Shown one piece after another: positions 31,608-41,854 of a stretch of 64,000 nucleotides of DNA. Every line of letters starts with the position of its first letter. Within the stretch, counting starts at the first letter, position 1. The DNA is from Microcoleus sp. (lineage in GTDB: Bacteria > Cyanobacteriota > Cyanobacteriia > Cyanobacteriales > Microcoleaceae). A program made the translations under genes and the position numbers. The stretch spans positions 5,600,001 to 5,664,000 of the forward strand of contig CP181291.1 of assembly GCA_052279835.1 (NCBI GenBank), given 5' to 3'. A model generated the notes under the pieces. It saw only the letters and a program-made list of their open reading frames with translations. It had not been told where the DNA came from and ran no database searches.

Positions 31608-31619
31608 TTTAGTCAGTTG

Positions 31620-31793
31620 GGAATTGGGCATTGGTCATTGGTCATTGGTCATTGGTCATTGGTCATTGGTCATTGGTCATTGGTTATTAAAGTTTGTAGT
31701 AAGGACTTTCTACTAACTAATTACCCTTCGACTACGAGGAAGGGCACCGCTACTAACTAATGACTAATGACTAATGACTACTGACTAATGACT
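31620..31793. repeat. Opposed heptamer arrays (TTGGTCA)n and (TGACTAA)n around a CTTCGACTACG repeat
   Basis: The two arrays are near reverse complements. Confidence 0.85.
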
Positions 31794-33183
31794 ACTTTAA
31801 ACCCGATCGCACTGGTTCGACAGGAGCCTCAGCATTAGCGACTTCTGTACCCTCTTTCACCCGCTCCAATTTCGCTCCCAATTTTTGCAATTTCACCTCT
31901 AACTGCTCGTAACCGCGGTCCAAATGCTGCAAACTGCTGATGGTGGTGACACCATCAGCAGCCAGTCCCGCCAGTACCAAAGCCGCCGAAGCCCGCAAAT
32001 CTGTTGCTGTGACAGGCGCACCCGACAGCATGGGCACTCCGCGCACCACTGCCACATTGCCTTTGACGCGAATGTCCGCACCCATACGGTTAAGTTCGGC
32101 TACGTGACGCAAGCGGTTCTCAAACACAGTTTCCTTAATGATGCTGTCGCCCTCACTCGTAGTTAGCAAGGCCATAAACTGAGCCTGCATATCTGTGGGG
32201 AAACCAGGGTAAGGTAAAGTTTCGATGTCTGTGGCTTTATGAATCTGACCGGGAACTATCCGCATCAGGTCGGGAGATTCTGTAATCAATTTTGCTCCCA
32301 TTACCTGCAACTTAGCAATGACTGCGGTGATGTGGTCGGGAATGACTGGCGATAAACTGATTTCTGAGTGAGTAATCGCTCCGGCTACTAAAAATGTGCC
32401 GACTTCGATGCGATCGGGAATAATTGAATAGTCTACGGAGTGAAGTTTGGGAACCCCCGAAATGACGATGGTATTAGTCCCAGCGCCCTGAATTTGCGCT
32501 CCCATAGCGCGACAGAAATTCGCCAAATCTGCCACTTCCGGTTCTTGAGCCGCATTTTCAATGATGGTTTCTCCTTCAGCCAAGGTAGCAGCCATCATCA
32601 AAGTTTCCGTCGCTCCCACGCTGGGATAATCTAAATAAATTTTAGCTCCCTTTAAACGGCGGTTTGGCCCTTTGACGTAGGCGTGAACAGTGCCGTGGTC
32701 GATGTGGACTTCAGCGCCGAGGGCTTGCAGACCACGAACGTGGAGTTCCACTGGTCGGGCACCGATGGCACACCCACCGGGTAAGGGGACTTTCGCAAAT
32801 CCCAAACGTGCCAGCAGCGGGCCGATGATGAAAAAGCTCGCCCGCAGTTGGCTGACTAACTCGTAGGGAGCTTGAGCGTCTATGAGTTCGCTGGCATTGA
32901 TATCTAAGATATCCCCATTAGTCTTGATTTTGACCCCTACAGCGGAGAGAATTTGGGTCATCCTGGCAACATCGACTAGGGAGGGAACGTTGCGCAGACG
33001 GCAATCTTCCGGGCAGAGGATGGCACCAGCCATGACTACTAAGGCAGAGTTTTTGGCCCCACTGATTTTGACGTGTCCTTTGAGGGGCTGGCGACCCCAA
33101 ATTTTTAATACTGGTTGGTCGCTTTCGGGTGAAGCTGACATATTGGATGAGTTCAGAGCTGGTTTAATGATTTTGCCCTCCAT
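31792..33183 (-). CDS. murA: UDP-N-acetylglucosamine 1-carboxyvinyltransferase (start may be 33141)
   Basis: [46 protein letters not shown]. Confidence 0.98.
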   Translation of the reverse strand: MEGKIIKPALNSSNMSASPESDQPVLKIWGRQPLKGHVKISGAKNSALVVMAGAILCPEDCRLRNVPSLVDVARMTQILSAVGVKIKTNGDILDINASELIDAQAPYELVSQLRASFFIIGPLLARLGFAKVPLPGGCAIGARPVELHVRGLQALGAEVHIDHGTVHAYVKGPNRRLKGAKIYLDYPSVGATETLMMAATLAEGETIIENAAQEPEVADLANFCRAMGAQIQGAGTNTIVISGVPKLHSVDYSIIPDRIEVGTFLVAGAITHSEISLSPVIPDHITAVIAKLQVMGAKLITESPDLMRIVPGQIHKATDIETLPYPGFPTDMQAQFMALLTTSEGDSIIKETVFENRLRHVAELNRMGADIRVKGNVAVVRGVPMLSGAPVTATDLRASAALVLAGLAADGVTTISSLQHLDRGYEQLEVKLQKLGAKLERVKEGTEVANAEAPVEPVRSGLK

Positions 33184-33562
33184 ATGTGATTTGTTACTTC
33201 ATACGTTATTAATTTTGGTTTCGATTTTACCCGAAAGATTTCATATGTCTAGGGGGTATCAGAAGAATTTCGGAGTTCCTACTTCCCAAACGCTCTCTGG
33301 CCTAGCCTTTCAGGAAAGATTGCACCAACAACCCCGATCGCCTTTAGTTTTATTAACTGCATCAAAATTTACAATTTTTGCCGGGGCTGGCCTGTGGGGG
33401 GGGCATTCTCAACCAGTTGTTGCTCAACAGGCATCCTGTGTTCTTGACAAAGGTGTAAGATATCTGTTCGATCGCGACAGCGAAAGTTGAAACTTTGTTC
33501 ATCATCGGCGGTGCTTGTGTTAACTTGGAACAATTACTTAGAGCCAAAGCTAGTCCTAGCAT

Positions 33563-36500
33563 ATGGTTCACATTAAACGGATCGAACTAACTAACTTTAA
33601 ATCTTTTGGCGGCACGACGGCCATTCCCGTGCTGCCTGGTTTTACCGTGGTTTCGGGTCCCAACGGTTCTGGGAAATCCAATATCCTCGATGCTTTGCTG
33701 TTTTGTCTGGGACTTTCGAGTTCTAAAGGGATGCGGGCTGAACGTTTGCCGGATTTGGTGAACAATGCCCAAAATAAACGCGGTACGATGGAAGCTAGTG
33801 TTACGGCCACCTTCGCCCTCGAAGGGGTGGGAGATGAATGGTTTGGTGATGAGGAAGATGAGGAAGATCCAGATGCAGCAGATGATTTCTCTGAAGTGCC
33901 CGCAGTACCAGCAGAAGTAGTAGAAATCCCCGAAGTCGAAAGTCCCGAAACTCCACAACAAAATCTTGACAAATCGAAAATCTCAAATCGTAAATCTCAA
34001 CTCGAAAATCTCAAATCCTCGGAATGGAGTGTCACGCGGAAACTGCGAGTAACTCGCCAAGGAACTTACACTTCTACTTATTATATTAATGGGCAGCCTT
34101 GTACCCTAACTCAACTTCACGAACAACTCAACCGATTGCGAATTTATCCCGAAGGTTATAACGTCGTATTGCAAGGGGACGTTACTAGCATTATTTCGAT
34201 GAATTCCAAAGAACGACGAGAAATAATTGACGAGTTGGCTGGTGTCGCTCAATTCGATCGCAAAATCTCCTTAGCTAGGCAGAAATTGGATGAAGTTAAG
34301 GATGTGGAAGAACGCAGCCACATTGTGGAAAAAGAGTTGATTTCCCAGCGAGATAGACTGGCTAGCGATCGCACAAAAGCCGAAAAATATCAAAAATTGC
34401 GGGCGGAACTTCAAGAAAAATCCCAGTGGGAAATTGTCCTTAAATTCCGTCAGTTGCAAAAGCAAGAATGGAAACTGCGGGAACAAATCGAAGCGGGCGA
34501 TCGCCATGGTACCAGTCTCACCGAACAACTGCAAACCATTAACACTGAAATTCACACAGTAACCACAGAACTTGACGCACTAAATGCCCGCGTCAAAGCC
34601 TTGGGAGAGTCGGAATTGTTGGCGCTACAATCGACCATGGCGACCCAAGAAGCCGAACGACGGCAAATGCAAAACCGCAAGCAGGAATTGGAAACTACTG
34701 CGGGACAATTGGCAGCAAACATAGCACAAATTGAGCAAGAAATTCGGCAATTCCGGCAAAGTTTGGAGCAAATTGAGATAGAAATATCTTATGTTAAGTC
34801 AGAGCAAGCAACTTTAATCCAACAGCGGGATGAAGCGGGGCAAATTTTAGAGCAGCATCGGGAAGTGGCCAATGCGATCGCCTCGACAGCCGAAGCTTGG
34901 GTACAACAGCAAACGGAACTGCACCGCCAAATAGAAACTGTACAACAAAGTTTGGAACCCGCTCGCGCCGAACAAGCAGCCATTGGAGAAAGAGTCGATC
35001 GCCTAGAAAGTCAAATTCAAGAACAAAACCAATCCCTGCAAGTATTAGCCCAGGAAATAGCCGGGAAAAAAAATCAGCAATCTAGGCTGATGGAAACTCA
35101 AGGAATAGCAGCTTTGCAAGTAGAATCCCTGACTCAAATTGTGGCGGGAAATGAACAAGAATTGCAATTACAACAAGAAACTCAAACTCGTTTGTTAGTA
35201 GAACAACGGGAAAGACAGCGGAAATTAGATAAACTGGAAATGCAGTTTCAAGCACTCCAAGAAGCCACGGGAACTTTTACCGCCAAAGTGCTAATCCAAA
35301 GTGGTATAGTCGGAATTTGTGGGCTGGTGGCTCAACTGGGAAGGGTGGAACCACGCTATCAATTAGCCTTGGAAATTGCGGCGGGTGGGCGCATGGGAAA
35401 TATGGTGGTGGAAGATGACCGCATAGCGGCCCAGGCGATTGAATTGTTGAAACAAAAACGGGCTGGTAGGATGACGTTTTTGCCGTTGAATAAAATTAGG
35501 GGTGGCAGATTTTCGGTGAATGAAAATTTGCGTAGGGCGGCTGGTTTTGTGGATGCGGCGGTGAATTTGATTGACTGCGATGGGCGGTACAATGAGATTT
35601 TTGCCTATGTTTTTGGCAGTACGGTGGTGTTTAGCAATCTCAGTGATGCTCGCCGCTATTTGGGACAGTACCGGATGGTTACTTTGGATGGGGAAATTTT
35701 GGAGACGAGTGGGGCGATGACAGGGGGGAGTTCTAGCAATAGATCGACCTTGCATTTTGGTACGGTTGATGCGTCGGAGGCGCAAGTGGAAGCAAGGACG
35801 ATCGCCTATGAGCAAGAACGCCTTCAGGAAATTGAACGGATTTTAGAACGGTGTAAAATAGCGATCGATCGCAATTTTGTTGCTGTCAAAACCAGCAGTC
35901 AAGACTTGATGGAAGCTAAACAAAATCTGCGCGAACATCAGTTACGGCTGGAACAATTAGCGACAGAAATTATCAAGCTAGAAGCCCAACAGGAACAAGG
36001 GCGATCGCAAATTACTAAAAATACTCAAGAATTAACTAATTCCCAGTCCAGATTGCAATGGCTGGTAGGAGAATTGCCCGGAAAGGAAACAGAATTGCAG
36101 CAGTATCGCCAAACTTTGGCTCAGTTGGAAGAGTCTAACAGTCATAGCGAATGGCAACAAATGCAATCTAGTCTCCGGGCCCAAGAAGCCCAACTGCAAG
36201 AGCGAGAATTGGCTCTCAGAAAGGTCCAGCAGCGCCTTGTAGACTTGGAAACTCAATTCGGGCGTTGGGAGGAGAAAATTAAAGCAGGCTGCGAGAAATT
36301 GCAGGAATGGCAAATCCAGCAACATACTTGCGCCGAGGCCCTGAATCTGATAGTTTCTCAAGAGTTGGCGATCGACCAACAAATTGCGGCAGCTAAGGCT
36401 GAGGTGGCAGAAATTGAGGAAAAATTGGGCGTGCAGAAGGGAGAACGCGATCGGGCAGAATCTCAAGTCAGAGAAAAACATTTAGCCAAACAGCAGTTAC

Positions 36501-37279
36501 AATGGCAGTTACAAAAACTGAATGAAAGCCAGCAAGAACGACGGGAACAATTGACCGCAGTTCGGGATTTATTGGCATCGGCGCGGGCGGAAATGCCCGA
36601 TCCAGTCCCGTCGATTCCCGAAAATGTGGAGCAGGGAAATTTGATGGAATTGCAGCAGGAAGTAAAGGCGATCGCCAAAAGGATTCAAGCTCTAGAACCA
36701 GTGAATATGCTAGCATTATCTGAGTACAATCGCACTCAAGAACGGCTGCAAGAATTGAGTCAAAAATTGACAACCTTGGAAGGTGAACGGACAGAACTGC
36801 TGTTGAGAATCGAAAACTTTACCACCCTACGGCGACGTGCTTTTAAAGAAGCTTTTGATGCGGTCAATGAAAACTTCCAGACTATCTTTGCGGAACTTTC
36901 CGAAGGTGACGGTTATCTCCAGCTAGACGATCTAGAAGACCCCTTCAGTAGCGGTTTGAATCTAGTCGCTCACCCAAAAGGTAAGCCCGTACAACGTCTG
37001 GCTTCCATGTCTGGAGGTGAAAAATCCTTGACGGCGCTGAGTTTTATTTTTGCGCTGCAACGCTACCGCCCGTCTACGTTCTACGCTTTTGATGAAGTGG
37101 ATATGTTTCTGGATGGGGCAAATGTGGAGCGATTAGCTAGAATGATAAAACGACAGTCTGAACAAGCCCAGTTTATTGTTGTGAGTTTGCGGCGACCTAT
37201 GATTCAATCGGCTCAGCGTACAATTGGTGTTACTCAAGCACGGGGAGCTTATACTCAAGTGTTGGGGCTGAAGTTATAA
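33563..37279 (+). CDS. smc: Chromosome segregation protein SMC
   Basis: GPNGSGKSN, VVLQGDV, hinge GRMTFLPL..GAMTGG, MSGGEKS, FDEVD. Confidence 0.98.
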   Translation: MVHIKRIELTNFKSFGGTTAIPVLPGFTVVSGPNGSGKSNILDALLFCLGLSSSKGMRAERLPDLVNNAQNKRGTMEASVTATFALEGVGDEWFGDEEDEEDPDAADDFSEVPAVPAEVVEIPEVESPETPQQNLDKSKISNRKSQLENLKSSEWSVTRKLRVTRQGTYTSTYYINGQPCTLTQLHEQLNRLRIYPEGYNVVLQGDVTSIISMNSKERREIIDELAGVAQFDRKISLARQKLDEVKDVEERSHIVEKELISQRDRLASDRTKAEKYQKLRAELQEKSQWEIVLKFRQLQKQEWKLREQIEAGDRHGTSLTEQLQTINTEIHTVTTELDALNARVKALGESELLALQSTMATQEAERRQMQNRKQELETTAGQLAANIAQIEQEIRQFRQSLEQIEIEISYVKSEQATLIQQRDEAGQILEQHREVANAIASTAEAWVQQQTELHRQIETVQQSLEPARAEQAAIGERVDRLESQIQEQNQSLQVLAQEIAGKKNQQSRLMETQGIAALQVESLTQIVAGNEQELQLQQETQTRLLVEQRERQRKLDKLEMQFQALQEATGTFTAKVLIQSGIVGICGLVAQLGRVEPRYQLALEIAAGGRMGNMVVEDDRIAAQAIELLKQKRAGRMTFLPLNKIRGGRFSVNENLRRAAGFVDAAVNLIDCDGRYNEIFAYVFGSTVVFSNLSDARRYLGQYRMVTLDGEILETSGAMTGGSSSNRSTLHFGTVDASEAQVEARTIAYEQERLQEIERILERCKIAIDRNFVAVKTSSQDLMEAKQNLREHQLRLEQLATEIIKLEAQQEQGRSQITKNTQELTNSQSRLQWLVGELPGKETELQQYRQTLAQLEESNSHSEWQQMQSSLRAQEAQLQERELALRKVQQRLVDLETQFGRWEEKIKAGCEKLQEWQIQQHTCAEALNLIVSQELAIDQQIAAAKAEVAEIEEKLGVQKGERDRAESQVREKHLAKQQLQWQLQKLNESQQERREQLTAVRDLLASARAEMPDPVPSIPENVEQGNLMELQQEVKAIAKRIQALEPVNMLALSEYNRTQERLQELSQKLTTLEGERTELLLRIENFTTLRRRAFKEAFDAVNENFQTIFAELSEGDGYLQLDDLEDPFSSGLNLVAHPKGKPVQRLASMSGGEKSLTALSFIFALQRYRPSTFYAFDEVDMFLDGANVERLARMIKRQSEQAQFIVVSLRRPMIQSAQRTIGVTQARGAYTQVLGLKL

Positions 37280-37441
37280 TCCCCGATTTAAGTCGTTAAA
37301 GAGATGAAAATTTTAGACTACAGTTGCAGCTCTTAGGTTAATCTGTGGAGTAAATCTCCAATCTCAAGTCTCAAATCTCATATCGACTGACCATGTTGAG
37401 TGATATATGTACTTCATTAATAAATTAGGATCAAAATTAGA

Positions 37442-38456
37442 ATGACATCCGAACAAATCTGCCAACGCTCCGATATTCTCGGCACTCAAGTCATCACCCG
37501 CGACAGAGGTAAACGCCTGGGTGTAGTTAGTCAACTGTGGGTGGACATCGACCGGCGGGAAGTTGTGGCGATCGGTCTACGAGATAATATATTTGCAGTG
37601 GCTGGAATGCCTAAGTATATGTTCCTCACCAGTGTCAGCGAAATCGGCGACGTGCTGTTGGTGGAAGATGAGAGCGCGATCGAAGATGATATTGATGTTG
37701 AAGTCTACAGTATTTTGATTAACAGCGAAGTCATCACCGAAACCGGCGAACTTTTGGGGAGAGTGCGAGGCTTTCGGTTCGACCCAGAAGACGGTAAGTT
37801 AGTTTCCATCGTGATTGCTTCTTTGGGAATCCCCCAAATCCCCGAACAAGTGCTCAGCACCTATGATTTGGGAATTGAGGAAATTGTCAGCAGTGGCCCC
37901 AATCGCTTGATTGTGTTTGAAGGTTCTGAGGAAAGACTCCGACAGCTTAGTGTCGGCTTGTTGGAGCGCGTCGGCTTAGGGACAAGCACCCTGGGAACGA
38001 GAAGAGGACGAACAAGGCTATTATCCGAAGCCCGTGGGAACCCCAAATCAATTGGGGCCTGGAGTGCCCCTAGCAGCCCCGTCCATGGTCCGAAAGACAG
38101 CAGCCCCTGTGGTGGAGGAGGTTCCTTGGGATGAGGATTCGCAGTGGAATCGGCCTCCTGTGCGACAGCCCCTGCGTCAGGTGCAACCACCTCCGGTGAA
38201 TGATTACGATGATTATGAAGAGGATAATTGGGGCGGCGAGGAGGACGATTACGAGGAAGAGTACGAAGAGAAAAAGTACGATCGTCCTGAAAGTTATAGC
38301 ACCAAAAAAGAGCCGGTGGTGGAATACGAGTACGAGGACGATGTGGAAGCTGATGCTTGGGCTGATGATGAAGCGCCGAAGCCTTACAATGCTCCTCGCC
38401 TGAATATTCCTGAGAAGACTAAGACTCCTGAATACGAAGAGGAAGCTGGTTATTAA
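37442..38456 (+). pseudogene. PRC-barrel domain protein with an apparent +1 frameshift near 37980 (possibly an assembly error)
   Basis: Removing one G from TTAGGGAC joins ORF 37442.. to the frame of ORF 38034..38456, giving ..GLGQAPWEREEDEQGYYPKPVGTPNQLGPG and an acidic tail. Confidence 0.8.
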
Positions 38457-38487
38457 AAGTTCTTTGAATCCATCGCCATAATTCCCA

Positions 38488-38514
38488 TAGATACTGTCTT
38501 GACGACAGTATCTA
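38488..38514. terminator. Hairpin between convergent genes
   Basis: 11-bp perfect stem TAGATACTGTC / GACAGTATCTA. Confidence 0.6.
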
Positions 38515-38519
38515 CCTAA

Positions 38520-38659
38520 TCATCTAAAATCCTGTCTTGATCGTCGTGTATTAAACTCTCTCTCTTCTCTTCCTCTTTCCCCCCTTGGGGGGGGCAGGGG
38601 GGGGTCGTCCTTAGCGCCTTCGCGGTTAAATCATTCCGATACAACCGGAATTAATATCA
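38520..38659. mobile_element. Degenerate MITE family C copy carrying an inserted G-run element
   Basis: Shares GTATTAAAC..CTCTTCTCTTCC and GCGCCTTCGCGGTTAAATCATTCC..ACAAC..GGAATT with 16588-16696. Confidence 0.6.
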
Positions 38660-38680
38660 ATCATCTTAAGGCAGGCTTTA

Positions 38681-40227
38681 TCAAGCCTGAGTTAACCAAG
38701 TAGTATCCAAATAATCAATCCTCGCAAATGGACTCATCGCCGCTAAAATTTGCTGTCCATAACTACGGTAAATCACTCGGTTGTCGAAAATCGCCACTAC
38801 GCCCTGTCTTTCTCGCACAGGTGCGATCGCCCTTTGTAACTCATTCAAGGCCGCGGGTAACAAATACAACCGAAACCAATCCTGACGTCGTTCCTTATAA
38901 TAAGCCACCCGCGCCATCACCACAGGATTTTCCATGGAAGGAAGTGGTAAAGTGGCGATCGCCAGTAAATGAGGGGCGCTCAATTCCCCCTGATGTTCCC
39001 GCCAAAATTCCCAGCCAGTCACCAAAATCCCATTCTCCCCCACATCTGTGGTTTCTACCCGCACCCTCGAACCAAACTCAGAAGCCAGCCTCGCGGCCAT
39101 TCTCGCCTTCAGCGGTACATCTCCCACAATCAGCACCGTTAAACCCGCCACGGACAAACTCATAAATAGCAAAGTCCGAATTTCCTGAATTAAAACTCCC
39201 TGAAATTCCGGCGTATTCGGTAGCGGCAATCCGTCGGGAATGTAAAGTTGAATTAATTCGCTTTGTCGATCGGGCGAAAATTTAACGCTAGTCAATTCTG
39301 GAAGTCCCAGCATTTCCCGAAAAATCGGCGCCTTTGGTTCCAAATCCACCGCCCCACCAATCAACACCACTGGCTGATCCTGCCAAATTTTGCCCAAAAC
39401 CTCCGCCACCTGCACCGGCGCGCAGTACAGAGAAAATGACCCAGCCTCACGATTGATTTGGGCCCACCTCAGTTTTCCGTTGCTTTCCCACCGATGCCAA
39501 AAATTGCTCCAAGCAGCAGGAATCGGGGTGGAAGACTCGATCGAACTTTGATTAATCTTTTCAAACAGCCCTTCCAAGATATTTTGCTCTGCGGTTTCGA
39601 GCAAATAGCACTCATCCGGCTTCGCTGGATGCTGAAAGCAGGCTCGTGTTAACAACACCCGCCGTTGCAGGATAGCATCGGCTTGGCTGGGTACAGCCAA
39701 CATTAAGTCATTCCAATCTCCCGGATGCAAACACACCGTCAATTGCTGGCGCGTCCAAACTTCCAAGTCGTCTACACCGTCAATAATTGTCGGAATTTGG
39801 ATCTGTGGTTGCGCATCACTCCCCAAGTGCGATGCTAGCCAAGATTGGGGATCTACTAGCATGAGTCCCCTGGGAAATCGGCATTTTGGTCATTAGTGGC
39901 GATCCTCTTCGAGGGCTTCGCTAACAGGCGATCGGTTTCCAGCCACTCTTGCAATCGAGGGATTTCCACTGCTTTCAAATGCTCGATCGCCCGTGGCGGA
40001 GCGACTAAAATTACAGGTTCCGGCCACATCAAAATCGGCATCAAATAACTGACTCGATACCGTTGTTGGTGAGCTCCTGCGGGGAGCCCTGTTTGAATCA
40101 GAGCACTGCGCCCCAAACGTAAAGCCCGCGCCACCAGACGCGCCATCGTTAAATGATGTGGCCAGTGTGGCTCGGAGTGCGATCGCAGGAAACGGAGCAG
40201 CGAGTTGTGGACGTCTACCTCAATCAA
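38681..40227 (-). pseudogene. DinG/Rad3-related helicase-C-terminal-domain protein, frameshifted near 39865-39875 (possibly an assembly error)
   Basis: TTG start gives MIEVDVH..WPHHLTMARLVARALR; the second part has IIDGVDDLE, LPLPSMENP and FDNRVIYRSYG. The frame break lies at TTCCCAGGGGACTC. Confidence 0.75.
39904..39924 (-). mobile_element. 21-bp SDR5-like insertion in a degenerate HIP1 site within the helicase gene
   Basis: GCGAT-CCTCTTCGAGGGCTTCGCTAA-CAG; the insert is identical to 63348-63368. Confidence 0.8.
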
Positions 40228-40249
40228 TTGATTTTGCAGTTGAGATTCC

Positions 40250-41776
40250 TCAATCAACATAATCAAAACTGGTTATAAAATCAACTAATTGTTGACCCAC
40301 AGACACACTGAACTTACTGCTGCGATGATTTTGACCTCGCTTACCAAAATTCGGGTTATGATGTACAATCAAACTCTGCATTCCCGAACTGATTAAAATA
40401 GTTTTGGTAGGTGAATCAAAAAATTTGGTTTCATATTTAGCTTTTTTGGATAACACTAATTCCTTGACCTCTCTGATATTATTTATAGCAGCATTCAATT
40501 CTTTACACAACTGCACTATCCGTTTTTTACCCAGATCTTGATTGAGGATTTTTTTGCCAATTTCTACAATGTTTTTATGAATTTCTATAGAGTCGTCAAA
40601 AGGAAGAACTGCTAAAAAAGCTGAGGGTAATAAATGCTCATCGCTCTCAAATTTAAAAGTGATAGTTGTCCGACGATAGTCAATTTCAATATTGGGAGAA
40701 GAACTCATGGTCGGATAATGCCGAGCTATTTCGTAGTAAGCTGTTGCTAAAGCGGTGTTTGCTGACGGGTCTAACAGGGCATCAACTACAATTTGTACTA
40801 GCGCCGGTTTGTGATTTAAAAATTTTAGGGATTCTGAGGGGGAATTAAATTTTTGAATCTGAGTGCGATCGCCCCTAGGGCTGAGATCGACCCATTCGCA
40901 GGTAATTTCGTCTACTTTCACCCCAAATCGCGGCAGCAAATAAATTTTTACCCCTGTTAAAGTTGCTCCCGTCAAATCAGCACCCACCCAATCGGCGTGC
41001 ATCAAATTTGTTTCGGTCAAATCAGCGTGAATCAAACTAGCATTTGCTAAATTAGCATTGCTTAAATCTGCTAAATTCAAGTTAGCACCACTCAATTGAG
41101 CATCGCTCAAATCAGCGCCGTTGAGATTAGCACCGCTCAAATCTGCCCAGGTAAGGTTGGCTCCGCTTAAATCCGCGCCACTGAGATCTACCTCCTGTAA
41201 AGAAGCTTGTCTCATATCCGCATTGCTAAAATTAACTTCTTTAAGCTCTGCTTTAGTCAAATCAGCCCCATGTAAGTTAGCTTCTTCAAAGTTAGCTGAT
41301 GAACCAGAGGCACCTCGGAGGTTTGCACCAGAAAGATTAGCACCACTGAGGTTAGTACCGGTAATTTGTACCTCTCTTAAATCTGCTTGAGTCAGGTTAG
41401 CTCCGGTGAAGTTAGCTTTGCTGAGTTCGGCTCTGATTAATTCACTTCTAATCAGGGATGCTCCAATTAATTGAGCTTCTGTTAAGTTAGCTTGCACAAA
41501 GTTGGCAACATTAATAGTAGCGCCATTTAAGATTGCTCGCGTCAGATTGGTATTGCTGAGTCTTGCCACATTCAGATTAGCTTCTGTCAAGTCACATTCG
41601 CTCAAGTTAGCACCGCCGATGTTGGTGACAAATAAAGTCGCTTTTCTCAAAATTGATTGACTGAGATTGATCCGACTAAGATTTGCTTCATTCAGGTTGA
41701 TTTCCGTAAAATCTCTGTTGCCTTCTGTGTATTTTTTCACCAGTTCAAATCTATTCAGAAGTGCTGCTATTTCCAT
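40250..41776 (-). CDS. Pentapeptide repeat protein, paralog 3 (most diverged)
   Basis: About 270 aa of A(N/D)Lxx repeats, then a CEWVDLSPRGD-containing C-terminal domain. Confidence 0.93.
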   Translation of the reverse strand: MEIAALLNRFELVKKYTEGNRDFTEINLNEANLSRINLSQSILRKATLFVTNIGGANLSECDLTEANLNVARLSNTNLTRAILNGATINVANFVQANLTEAQLIGASLIRSELIRAELSKANFTGANLTQADLREVQITGTNLSGANLSGANLRGASGSSANFEEANLHGADLTKAELKEVNFSNADMRQASLQEVDLSGADLSGANLTWADLSGANLNGADLSDAQLSGANLNLADLSNANLANASLIHADLTETNLMHADWVGADLTGATLTGVKIYLLPRFGVKVDEITCEWVDLSPRGDRTQIQKFNSPSESLKFLNHKPALVQIVVDALLDPSANTALATAYYEIARHYPTMSSSPNIEIDYRRTTITFKFESDEHLLPSAFLAVLPFDDSIEIHKNIVEIGKKILNQDLGKKRIVQLCKELNAAINNIREVKELVLSKKAKYETKFFDSPTKTILISSGMQSLIVHHNPNFGKRGQNHRSSKFSVSVGQQLVDFITSFDYVD

Positions 41777-41854
41777 TTTCTTTACCTTAATTATGCTAGA
41801 ATTTACTTGGCATATACAAATAAATAAAAATACTTGAGACTGAATTGATGATAT

